A stretch of DNA of 64,000 bases from a virus (lineage: Duplodnaviria > Caudoviricetes): IMG/VR virus record IMGVR_UViG_3300027808_002535, positions 1-64,000 of that record, one strand, 5' to 3'. Each line of letters begins with the position of its first letter. Position 1 is the stretch's first letter. Both the position numbers and the translations under genes were made by a program. Shown here one piece after another: positions 45,105 through 53,970 of the stretch. The notes below the pieces were generated by a model that ran no database searches, was not told where the DNA came from, and saw only the letters and a list, made by a program, of their open reading frames with translations.

Positions 45105-46220
45105 ATGGCAAAAGTAAATAAAGGCGGAGTCGGCGAACCCCGTACAGTAAAGATAACAGAAGCAAAGCGTCTCGTTCGCCATGCTATGAAGAAAAAGCGT
45201 CCAGTATTCCTTTGGGGTCCTCCGGGCGTAGGTAAATCCGACCTTGCCGCTCAGTTGGCAGATGAAATGGGCGGCGCACTCGTTGACGTTCGTTTAAACT
45301 TGTGGGAACCTACAGACATTAAAGGTATTCCTTATTATAACGCAAAAGAAAATGTAATGAGCTGGGCTCCTCCAGCAGAGTTGCCTACTAAAGAGTTTGC
45401 CTCCAAGCATCCTGTGGTAGTGTTATTCCTGGACGAGCTTGCAGGTGCGGCTCCTGCTGTACAGGCCGCGGCTTACCAACTTATCCTTAACCGCAAAGTA
45501 GGCACATATGAACTGCCAGACAATGTAGTTATTATGGCGGCTGGTAACCGTATGACAGACAAAGGTGTTACTTATCGTATGCCTACTCCATTGGCTAACC
45601 GCTTTGTTCACTTTGAACTTCGTGTAGACTTTGCAGACTGGAATGTTTGGGCACTACAAAACCGTATCCACCCAGACGTGGTAGGTTACCTAAACTACCA
45701 AAAAGCAGACCTGTACAACTTTGATCCCACTGTACATGACCGCAGTTTTGCTACTCCACGTAGTTGGATGTTCGTCAGCGACTTGCTTGACGACGACATG
45801 ACAGACAACGAGCAGACGGATACTGTAGCAGGTTGTGTTGGTGAAGGTCTTGCAATTAAGTTTATGGCTCATCGTAAGATTGCCGCAGACTTGCCTACTC
45901 CTACAGACGTGCTGTCAGGTAAAGTTAAAGAGTTGAAGACCAAAGAAATTAGTGCTATGTATAGTTTGACAACTGGTATGTGCTACGAGTTGAAAGACGG
46001 CTACGAGAGTGCTAAGAAGTCAGGTAACCTAAATACTTGGCATACTAACTGTGAGAACTTTATCCAGTTTATGATGGATAATTTTGAGGCAGAGATGGTT
46101 ATTATGGGTGCTCATACAGCACTTAAGAACTATAACTTGCCCTTTGACCACAAGAAGTTGAAGAACTTCCCGGACTTCTTCAAACGCTATGCTCACTTGG
46201 TAGTGGATGTCAGCAATTGA
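45105..46220 (+). CDS. MoxR-like AAA+ ATPase
   Basis: GPPGVGKS Walker A, LFLDE Walker B, AAGNR, PLANRF, TPRSW. Confidence 0.92.
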   Translation: MAKVNKGGVGEPRTVKITEAKRLVRHAMKKKRPVFLWGPPGVGKSDLAAQLADEMGGALVDVRLNLWEPTDIKGIPYYNAKENVMSWAPPAELPTKEFASKHPVVVLFLDELAGAAPAVQAAAYQLILNRKVGTYELPDNVVIMAAGNRMTDKGVTYRMPTPLANRFVHFELRVDFADWNVWALQNRIHPDVVGYLNYQKADLYNFDPTVHDRSFATPRSWMFVSDLLDDDMTDNEQTDTVAGCVGEGLAIKFMAHRKIAADLPTPTDVLSGKVKELKTKEISAMYSLTTGMCYELKDGYESAKKSGNLNTWHTNCENFIQFMMDNFEAEMVIMGAHTALKNYNLPFDHKKLKNFPDFFKRYAHLVVDVSN

Positions 46221-46572
46221 TATTGAAGACGAGCTCAAGGCTCACTTGGAATATATAACTATAGACAAGGAAAGGGGTATCCCTTTCCGGTCTGAAATGT
46301 TAGAATTGGTCTACGGTAATATGGATTATGTTAGAAGTGTGTTTGGTCCAGGTGAACTTACACGAGACAGTATCATTGACTATTTTGACCTTGCAAGGAC
46401 TACTTGGTCGGAGATAGACTACACAGATGGTCGAACAAGAAACGAGTTAATCAAATGGTGCAGATCAATGAGTATCAAACCCTTGCATTACTATGCACCA
46501 TTGGGTACCAAGACCATTTGGTTTAAAGAACCAGAGTCAGCTTTTCTTTGCCGTTTAAAATTCGGACTTTAA
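46207..46572 (+). CDS. Hypothetical protein
   Basis: Ends ..IWFKEPESAFLCRLKF. Confidence 0.6.
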   Translation: MSAIDIEDELKAHLEYITIDKERGIPFRSEMLELVYGNMDYVRSVFGPGELTRDSIIDYFDLARTTWSEIDYTDGRTRNELIKWCRSMSIKPLHYYAPLGTKTIWFKEPESAFLCRLKFGL

Positions 46573-46601
46573 TTGACATTAAATAAAGTTAAGTGTATAA
46601 T
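46573..46601 (+). promoter_or_regulatory. Sigma70 promoter with embedded TAAATA
   Basis: TTGACATTAAATAAAGTTAAGTG-TATAAT. Confidence 0.8.
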
Positions 46602-46622
46602 AGATACATACAGGAGCACAAT

Positions 46623-47816
46623 ATGAAATTTACAACTAAAGATAGACTTACTAAAGCCCGTGTTAAGATGTTGCTTAAACATCCTTTCTGGGGTAACTTA
46701 GCAACTCGTCTTAAATTGGTAGAGAACAGTGACTGGCTGACAACTGCCGCCACAGATGGTCGCCACTTTTACTATTGCGAAAAGTTTATTGAAAGTTTAG
46801 ACGATGAAGAACTAGTGTTCTTGTTTGGACACGAAGTCGGACACATTGTCTATGACCACATGGGACGTCGTGGAGATAGAGATCCACAGTTATGGAACAT
46901 GGCAGGTGACTATCTTATCAACGACATGCTTATCCAAAACAATGTTGGTAAGAAGATTACTAAGGTGCCAATCCTGTGGGATCCTAAATTCCGTGACATG
47001 ACCACAGAAGAAGTCTATGACGACTTGTTTAAGAACGCTGTTAAGATACAAGTTACTTTGGACATGCACATGGACGGCAGTGGTGAAGAAGGCGAAGATG
47101 GCAAGGGCAGTGACGGCAAGAGTAAGTCCAGTGGCATTAAGATTGACGAAGAGACTGCTAAGAAAATGCGTGATGAAATGAAGGAAGCTATCCTGCAAAG
47201 TGCTCAAGCGGCAGGCGCAGGTAACGTCCCGAGCGGTATCAAACGTCTTATTAATAACTTTACTGCTCCCAAGATGCGTTGGCAAGACCTGTTGCGTATA
47301 CAATTAGAATCCAGTTTAAAAAATAACTATAGCTTTATGCGTCCTAGCCGCAAGGGCTGGCATACCGGTGCAGTATTGCCCGGCATGTTGCCAGCAGAAG
47401 AATTGGATATAGTAGTTGCCATTGACATGTCGGGCAGTATTAGCGATGAGATGGCACAGGATTTCTTGTCAGAAGTCAAAGGTATGATGGACTTGTACAA
47501 CAGTTACAAAATACATGTATTTTGTTTTGATACAGAAGTATATAATCCTGTGACATTCAGCGATGACTATGGAGATGATATCAGTACCTACGAAACAATG
47601 GGTGGCGGCGGAACAGACTTTGACGCTTGCTGGAGATACATGAAAGACAACGACATTGAGCCCAAACAGTTTATTATGTTTACGGATGGCTACCCGTATG
47701 ACAGTTGGGGCGATGAAAACTACTGCGACACGTTGTTTGTTGTACATGGTAATGAACAGATAGAAGCACCTTTTGGTGTAACTGCACATTACACATTTGA
47801 CAACGAAACAGTTTAA
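46623..47816 (+). CDS. HExxH metallopeptidase-like plus vWA domain protein (DUF2201-like), MoxR partner
   Basis: TAATDG, HEVGH, MIDAS DMSGS, GGGTDF, FTDG. Confidence 0.9.
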   Translation: MKFTTKDRLTKARVKMLLKHPFWGNLATRLKLVENSDWLTTAATDGRHFYYCEKFIESLDDEELVFLFGHEVGHIVYDHMGRRGDRDPQLWNMAGDYLINDMLIQNNVGKKITKVPILWDPKFRDMTTEEVYDDLFKNAVKIQVTLDMHMDGSGEEGEDGKGSDGKSKSSGIKIDEETAKKMRDEMKEAILQSAQAAGAGNVPSGIKRLINNFTAPKMRWQDLLRIQLESSLKNNYSFMRPSRKGWHTGAVLPGMLPAEELDIVVAIDMSGSISDEMAQDFLSEVKGMMDLYNSYKIHVFCFDTEVYNPVTFSDDYGDDISTYETMGGGGTDFDACWRYMKDNDIEPKQFIMFTDGYPYDSWGDENYCDTLFVVHGNEQIEAPFGVTAHYTFDNETV

Positions 47817-47829
47817 TTTTATTATTTTT

Positions 47830-47857
47830 AAATAGGACCTTCGGGTCCTATTTTTTT
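47830..47857 (+). terminator. Rho-independent terminator
   Basis: AAATAGGACC-TTCG-GGTCCTATTT followed by a T tract. Confidence 0.92.
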
Positions 47858-47904
47858 GACTGTGTGCAGGAAGTGTGTTATAATAAGAACATATGCTATA
47901 AATA
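47856..47904 (+). promoter_or_regulatory. Sigma70 promoter followed by a full TATAAATA late motif
   Basis: TTGACT-N17-TATAAT (47856-47884); TATAAATA at 47897-47904. Confidence 0.65.
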
Positions 47905-47943
47905 AAATAGGTATATAATATATCAACCTTAAGGAGAATTTAA

Positions 47944-48210
47944 ATGAACTTGACAGATCTATCTACACTATTAGCCGCAATCGATGTCGCAGTTAAACGT
48001 GGTGCTTTCAGCGTACTAGAAATTGGTGCAGTTGGAGAAACAGCTACTAAGCTAAACAACTTCTTGTTAGAAGCTAAAAAGCAACAAGAAGAAGCCGCTG
48101 CCGCTGCCGCTCAAGCTGCCGCAGAAGGTCAAGCACCTACTGAAGCTGTATCAGAAGCACCTGCTCTGGAAGCAGAAGTTGCCGCTGAAGCACCTGTAGA
48201 ACAAGCCTAA
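47944..48210 (+). CDS. Hypothetical protein with Ala/Glu-rich tail
   Basis: SD AAGGAG; IDVA..RGAF...E...VG. Confidence 0.75.
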   Translation: MNLTDLSTLLAAIDVAVKRGAFSVLEIGAVGETATKLNNFLLEAKKQQEEAAAAAAQAAAEGQAPTEAVSEAPALEAEVAAEAPVEQA

Positions 48211-48223
48211 TTAGGAATTAACT

Positions 48224-48805
48224 ATGCCTAAGTTTACTAAACATGTAGGGCAAGTTGTTAGCACTGGTAAGAAATGTGTTGTTGTATTTAGAACAATACC
48301 CAATGACACATCTTCTTGCCTTGTTATACAAACAGAAGATATTCCAAATCTTTATCACGATGACTTAATCAACGCTGTTGAAAGTGATAGTGCCCAAGAA
48401 GACATGGATTTCTACAAATATGCTCAACGTATACAATTTCATGATGGAAGAACTATCTTAGAAGGTAGCCACCAAAGTGGTTGGATGATCAAATATCTAA
48501 CCAGTGAAATTATGATGTTGCCGACATTAGAACATAAAATTCTACTCAGTGATCTTAACCAAAAATTAGATCAGGCAGGTAGAACAACCAGTGGTGACAT
48601 TAGTCAACCAGCACCAGAAGGCAAGCCTGCTGGTATACTGGATGAAAAAGATATTGCTAATCAAATGCGTGGACAAGCTGCCTTCTTTCGTAAAGAAGCA
48701 GAACGGTTGCTTAAAGAAGCAGACAATTTAGATCCAGCGGCGACAATAGCCACGCAGATTGCTGAGGCTTCGAAGCCTAAGCGAGCATACAACAAAAAAA
48801 AGTAA
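48224..48805 (+). CDS. Hypothetical protein
   Basis: SD AGGA; KHVG..VVVFRT. Confidence 0.75.
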   Translation: MPKFTKHVGQVVSTGKKCVVVFRTIPNDTSSCLVIQTEDIPNLYHDDLINAVESDSAQEDMDFYKYAQRIQFHDGRTILEGSHQSGWMIKYLTSEIMMLPTLEHKILLSDLNQKLDQAGRTTSGDISQPAPEGKPAGILDEKDIANQMRGQAAFFRKEAERLLKEADNLDPAATIATQIAEASKPKRAYNKKK

Positions 48806-48821
48806 GTAAGGAACCCGAGAC

Positions 48822-49133
48822 ATGGCTATTAGGAAAAAGGATAGAAGTTTTGAAGAAATCCTTAAAGATGTTGTCATGGAAGAAGTTCCTATAGAATATA
48901 TAACACACATTCAACTTACACTTATAAATGGAGATGTTCTTGAATTCAATCAAGAAGAATTAGCGGGTTTAAAAGATGCCGGCGAAATTCTCAAAGCACA
49001 GGGTCTAGAGCACTTGCGTGATAATATTCAAGACATTGAAGTTTTTATTGATAGCAGTAAAATCAAGAATCGCGTCATAAAGTATGTACGTGGTATATTA
49101 ACCAGCCAATTTGGAGATGAGAGGCAGGCATAG
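48822..49133 (+). CDS. Hypothetical protein
   Basis: SD AAGGA; EEVPIEYI motif. Confidence 0.7.
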   Translation: MAIRKKDRSFEEILKDVVMEEVPIEYITHIQLTLINGDVLEFNQEELAGLKDAGEILKAQGLEHLRDNIQDIEVFIDSSKIKNRVIKYVRGILTSQFGDERQA

Positions 49134-49154
49134 TGCTAAATATATATGAATTAA

Positions 49155-49499
49155 ATGTTCATACTTATGTCAATAAAACCTGCTTGCCTTAATAAAACAA
49201 CAAGCCCATTTGTGAAATCAGACGGGTCACTTCTCCCATGTTGTTGGGCAAGTACGAGTTCTGACACTATTGAATTTCTAGGCAAAGAAAAATATTCACA
49301 ATTAAATTTATATCATCATACTGTTGATGAAATTTATTCATCCGATGCTTATAGATTAATAAAATCAAAAATATTAAGCGAAAATTCGTTTGATATATGC
49401 AAACGATGGTGTAATGCAGAGCGGCGATCACAGCGGCAAGACTACCTCATAGATTCATCGGAAATAGACGACTACATTAATAAGTATATTATTTTATAA
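49155..49499 (+). CDS. Stand-alone SPASM/twitch-like Fe-S domain
   Basis: PAC..DG.LLPCC..NL....DEI.....C..C pattern. Confidence 0.65.
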   Translation: MFILMSIKPACLNKTTSPFVKSDGSLLPCCWASTSSDTIEFLGKEKYSQLNLYHHTVDEIYSSDAYRLIKSKILSENSFDICKRWCNAERRSQRQDYLIDSSEIDDYINKYIIL

Positions 49500-49503
49500 T
49501 TTT

Positions 49504-50175
49504 ATGTATAAATTAAAATCTCGCGAAATAGAATTAGAACTAACTTCAAAATGTACACTACTATGCCCTGAATGTGCTAGAACTATTGATAAAGAAGAAA
49601 CTAAAAACAAATGGAATTTTGGTGAGTTAGATATAGAAATTATAGAAAAATTAGCCAGCCAAACTCCTAGCATAAGAAAATTTAATTTTTGTGGTGGTTA
49701 TGGTGATCCAATTTACCATAGCAGACTATTTGATATAATTGATGTTTGCCATCGTTATAATAAATCAATTCACATAGAAACTGCGGGCAATCTTAGAAGC
49801 AAAGAATGGTGGAATAAATTGTCGTTAATCCTCAGTGAACGCGATTCTATTTGTTTCAGTGTAGACGGATTAAAACATAGTAATCACATTTACAGAATAA
49901 ATTCTAATTGGGATAGCATATTGGATGCCATGACTATCATGAGTGAATCGTTGTGTCATACGAAATGGAAATGGATATTGTTTAAATCTAATCAAGATGA
50001 TGTTTTGGAAGGTTACAAATTAAGCAAAAAACTTGGTATTAAAAATTTTGAGCTAGTGGAAAGCGGTAGAATACCTCTAGGGAATGAGCCCACTAAATCA
50101 GTAAAGCAGATTTTGGCAGAGTTAAAAGAATATAAAGAAATACAAGGACTTGACAACTATATTATTTTAAAGTAA
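49504..50175 (+). CDS. Radical SAM enzyme (core domain only)
   Basis: CTLLCPEC, GGYGDP, FSVDG, YRIN. Confidence 0.88.
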   Translation: MYKLKSREIELELTSKCTLLCPECARTIDKEETKNKWNFGELDIEIIEKLASQTPSIRKFNFCGGYGDPIYHSRLFDIIDVCHRYNKSIHIETAGNLRSKEWWNKLSLILSERDSICFSVDGLKHSNHIYRINSNWDSILDAMTIMSESLCHTKWKWILFKSNQDDVLEGYKLSKKLGIKNFELVESGRIPLGNEPTKSVKQILAELKEYKEIQGLDNYIILK

Positions 50176-50200
50176 AATAATACTTTTAAAGAAGTTATAA

Positions 50201-51085
50201 ATGACACTAAGAAAAGAGATTGATTTTGAAAAAGATGTAAACTATGTTCCAGTATTGGATCATGGTTTTGTAGGTCTAGTAGATCATATGGGCAGTGACA
50301 GCGCAATCGTTCAAGCCGCTCGTGTTAGTTATGGTGCTGGCACAAAACAAGTTCAAGACGATAGAAACTTAATACGTTATCTAATGCGTCACGAACATAC
50401 AACACCTTTTGAAATGTGTGAAGTAAAGTTCCACATTAAACTTCCTATCTTTGTTATGCGACAACTTGTACGGCATCGTACTGCCAGCATGAACGAATAC
50501 AGTGCTCGCTATAGTGTACTCACAGATGAGTTTTACATTCCTGAGTTTGAACAAATTCAAAAGCAAAGCACAACTAACAAGCAGGGCCGTGAAGAAGCTG
50601 AGTGGGGCTTTGATGAAAAGCGTGGCGTACAACATGCCTTCCAACGTAGCTTTCATAATGCATACAAAGAATATGAGAGTTTGCTGGGCAAGGAAGATTC
50701 TGGACTGGCACGTGAGTTGGCTAGAAGTGTGCTTCCAGTAGGCGGATATACAGAATTGTATTGGAAAGCCAACTTGAAGAACTTTCTGCACATGGCTCGT
50801 TTGCGTATGGATCCACATGCACAATGGGAGATCAGAGAGTTTGCAGGTGCAATGTATGACCTAGTCAAACCATTATTTCCAGAAGCTTGTTCGGCATTTG
50901 AAGACTACGCTGTTAACTCAGTTAAGTTGAGTACTGGAGAATATCAGCTTGTCAAGAGTTTAATCAGCAAAGAAAAATGGGCTACTATGGTTACAAAATA
51001 CGGCAATGACGAAAAAGCCCTGGGTCAAGACGCAGGGCTTGGTGTTCGTGAACTAAAAGAGTTTAAAGAAAAATTAGGCCTGTAA
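50201..51085 (+). CDS. thyX: Flavin-dependent thymidylate synthase
   Basis: AARVSY, H.TPFE, RQLVRHRTASMNEYSARY, ELARSVLP, HAQWEIR; upstream TTGACA-N17-TAAAAT. Confidence 0.96.
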   Translation: MTLRKEIDFEKDVNYVPVLDHGFVGLVDHMGSDSAIVQAARVSYGAGTKQVQDDRNLIRYLMRHEHTTPFEMCEVKFHIKLPIFVMRQLVRHRTASMNEYSARYSVLTDEFYIPEFEQIQKQSTTNKQGREEAEWGFDEKRGVQHAFQRSFHNAYKEYESLLGKEDSGLARELARSVLPVGGYTELYWKANLKNFLHMARLRMDPHAQWEIREFAGAMYDLVKPLFPEACSAFEDYAVNSVKLSTGEYQLVKSLISKEKWATMVTKYGNDEKALGQDAGLGVRELKEFKEKLGL

Positions 51086-51628
51086 AGGATCAATGCTGAT
51101 TTCATTTATATGAAACTCACCGGGTTGTTCTAAAATCCATTTAATGTAACTAGCCGCACTCCTGATAGGAATTGTTTTCCTATCAGGGTGTTTTGCTTGT
51201 ACATTACTTAAACTACCAAAACTAATCAATGTGACTCTGGGGTTCTTTGCCCATACTCCAGACATGCCTAGACTATTAGCGTAATCTCGTAATGCTTTCT
51301 TTTCAGCATTATAAAGCCAATCTGTGGCTTTCATCACTCTGTCAGTGGTACTACCTATACAAATAATCAAAGTTTGTTTGCCTGCTAGTTTAAGTTTCTT
51401 GTATACCGCTTCGAGTAACAAAACTTGATTAAACTTCCATAATGCACTATTAATAATTACTGCATCATAATCAACACTCATCTCGGCAAATACTTGTTGA
51501 TTCTCTGCTTTGGTTAAATCTAAATTATGAGTTGTTCTACTTACAAATGTTAATTCATGTTGTGTTAACTCTAAATTTAGTGCCTCTGCTAGACCAAAAT
51601 CTGGATTACCTGATATTAATATTTTCAT
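51074..51628 (-). CDS. Short-chain dehydrogenase-like Rossmann protein
   Basis: ILISG..FGL, DL, IINSA, IGS, YNAEK (YxxxK). Confidence 0.7.
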   Translation of the reverse strand: MKILISGNPDFGLAEALNLELTQHELTFVSRTTHNLDLTKAENQQVFAEMSVDYDAVIINSALWKFNQVLLLEAVYKKLKLAGKQTLIICIGSTTDRVMKATDWLYNAEKKALRDYANSLGMSGVWAKNPRVTLISFGSLSNVQAKHPDRKTIPIRSAASYIKWILEQPGEFHINEISIDPLQA

Positions 51629-52791
51629 AAGAATGTTGTATCTCCTGGGAATAAAGGCAGTTTAGTGCCTGGCGCACGTTTTGGAATCTTACTGTCGGCA
51701 CTGCTCACACAACTTGTTCCCCCACAGGGCATTGGTTTATCGTATAACTTGAAGCCGGTTTCGATGTGTCCTAATGGAACTTCACTGCAACTGTAACTAC
51801 GTTTTACTGTGCCATCTGGTTCACGGATAATAATACTTCGATAGCCACTACTACACTCCCAACCATTGAAGTTGTTAAAGTTGAATGCGTTAAAACGTTC
51901 TGCCTGATCCATGAACCATGGATTTCCTTCTTTATCAACAAACTCAATTTGATAATGCGGATCGATGTCAACTTGTTTTTTACGACTAGGATCAGCTTTA
52001 TCAATTATAAAAGTAGGTTTTGGACGTTGAACAAGACCTGCTGCCAATGCTTTTTCTTCTGTGTAAGCACGTTGCGGCATACCATTGTGTAACTTGGCCA
52101 ACATCTCGGGTGTATAACCGTCTACTACTCTACTTGCTGTAGGATCGCTTTGCGGCTTGAGCGTAACGTTAATACCTCTATTATGAAAATACAAACTTAG
52201 ATCATATATCTCATTGAACTGCTCCGGAACCATGACCATGTTAATAGTTATCTGTGTGTCATACTCTTGGCATAACACCAACTTGTCGGCAAACTCTTCT
52301 ACCTTTTTATCAGTGTCCACATGTTCGCGATGGCAACTTGCTGTGATACTAGCACGGTGAAAATTCTTAACGGCTGGCACATACTTTTCTTCAAACCATT
52401 TAAGAGGCCGGCTCATGTTCGATGTCATATGTACACTGGTATAGTTTGTATTAGCCGCATCATTGTTTAAGTGATTAAGGATATCAATGTAAGCAGGATG
52501 GAATGTTGGTTCGCCACCACTTAGACTAAAGTGGAAACTATTAAATCCGTTTTCCCTCGATTGACGTTTGATCTCATCCACAGTATGTAACATCAACGGA
52601 GTTGGACGATGGTCCTTGGTATCACTGCGGGCATAGGGCCAGCAATAACTACAACGATAGTTACAATAACGTCCCAATAGCCACGATACGGTAAACATAT
52701 CGCGGTATAGCATTGTCCTTTGTCCGACTCTAACTAGATCCTTAAACGGAATCTTAGTAAAGTCATAATCACTGGTTTTTAAATCACTCAT
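51625..52791 (-). CDS. Radical SAM enzyme with C-terminal SPASM-like domain
   Basis: CNYRCSYC, GGEP, FNGWEC..G..DG.V.R..C..PC...C. Confidence 0.9.
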   Translation of the reverse strand: MSDLKTSDYDFTKIPFKDLVRVGQRTMLYRDMFTVSWLLGRYCNYRCSYCWPYARSDTKDHRPTPLMLHTVDEIKRQSRENGFNSFHFSLSGGEPTFHPAYIDILNHLNNDAANTNYTSVHMTSNMSRPLKWFEEKYVPAVKNFHRASITASCHREHVDTDKKVEEFADKLVLCQEYDTQITINMVMVPEQFNEIYDLSLYFHNRGINVTLKPQSDPTASRVVDGYTPEMLAKLHNGMPQRAYTEEKALAAGLVQRPKPTFIIDKADPSRKKQVDIDPHYQIEFVDKEGNPWFMDQAERFNAFNFNNFNGWECSSGYRSIIIREPDGTVKRSYSCSEVPLGHIETGFKLYDKPMPCGGTSCVSSADSKIPKRAPGTKLPLFPGDTTFL

Positions 52792-53014
52792 TTTGTTCGT
52801 AGATAAATTTTACGTCCTTGCCCGGGCCAACGTCGCTGGGCATGCCGCCGTATTGCTTGACATACCATTCTATGGCTGCGATATACCAACCTTGACTGTT
52901 ATGTCTACTTTCTTTGTTAAAAATATAGATATTGTCGTTGGTTGCTGGCATTGTACTTATAATGCGAGCCGCTTCTAATTGTAATTTGCGTAATGGAAGA
53001 TCTTGTATATTCAT
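52784..53014 (-). CDS. Small hypothetical protein inside the radical SAM operon
   Basis: 76 aa, coupled on both sides. Confidence 0.65.
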   Translation of the reverse strand: MNIQDLPLRKLQLEAARIISTMPATNDNIYIFNKESRHNSQGWYIAAIEWYVKQYGGMPSDVGPGKDVKFIYEQNE

Positions 53015-53970
53015 TATACATATTTATTTTTTGTTGCCATCAAATCTGGCATACACCAACAAGTGTTATAAGGACAAATTACTCCGGAAATAGGTAAGTT
53101 CATAATATTTGATTCTTTCCAATTACCAAAATCTTCGTCGGTGCCTATCATACATCCGCTGCCCCTGCGTATTGTGCCATTGGCATCAAGTGTTATTTTA
53201 TCAACTCCTATACCACAGCTCCAATCTTTAAATTTGTTTTGTTCATCCACAAGTATCTGGCCTGTGACTTCTTGTAAGCGTTGTTGCCTTAAATATGTAA
53301 AACTAGACTTATATATACTCTTTCTGGACTTGGCTACTTTTCTGTTTGCTTGTATATAGTCCATTTGTTCTTGTGTATATAATACTTTGCTATCTGCAAC
53401 AGCTTCGTATCTGTTATCCACTAATTTTAATTCCAAACTGGTAAACTCTTTGACATTGTTTAATATGTACTCTCGAGCTTCGAGTACCTTATCCCAAACT
53501 GCTGGCCAAGCAAGAACCAATATAGTCTTGTATTCATTGTCCAAAGCATTTATACTTTCTACAAACTTCTCCACGCTTTTGACCTGTGTAGGATGATAAC
53601 TAAACACCACCGAAGATACTTGTGTGCCTATTCTACGCCAATAGTCTTCAGGCATTACTCCATTGGTAATAAATTTAATATTACTATCTGGACTATTCTT
53701 TTTAATTATATCTATGGCTTCGGGTAGTTTTTTCCATATAGCAAGTTCGCCGCCCAGTAATGTATATTCGAGTCGCCGGCCTTTTCCATAGTGTGATTGT
53801 AACTCGCGTGTAGTGTAATCAATGCTGTCTAAACTGGGCCAACCAAAACTACCATCATGTATTATGCTGGGACAATATTCACAGGCATAGTTACATACGT
53901 TGGTCATTGTCCAATCAATGATTACCCAATCAGGATCTGCCTGTATCCTATCAAACAGTAAAGTTTTCAT
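53014..53970 (-). CDS. Radical SAM enzyme with C-terminal SPASM-like domain
   Basis: CNYACEYC, LGGE, TNG, FKDWSC..G..C..ICPYNTCWC. Confidence 0.88.
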   Translation of the reverse strand: MKTLLFDRIQADPDWVIIDWTMTNVCNYACEYCPSIIHDGSFGWPSLDSIDYTTRELQSHYGKGRRLEYTLLGGELAIWKKLPEAIDIIKKNSPDSNIKFITNGVMPEDYWRRIGTQVSSVVFSYHPTQVKSVEKFVESINALDNEYKTILVLAWPAVWDKVLEAREYILNNVKEFTSLELKLVDNRYEAVADSKVLYTQEQMDYIQANRKVAKSRKSIYKSSFTYLRQQRLQEVTGQILVDEQNKFKDWSCGIGVDKITLDANGTIRRGSGCMIGTDEDFGNWKESNIMNLPISGVICPYNTCWCMPDLMATKNKYV

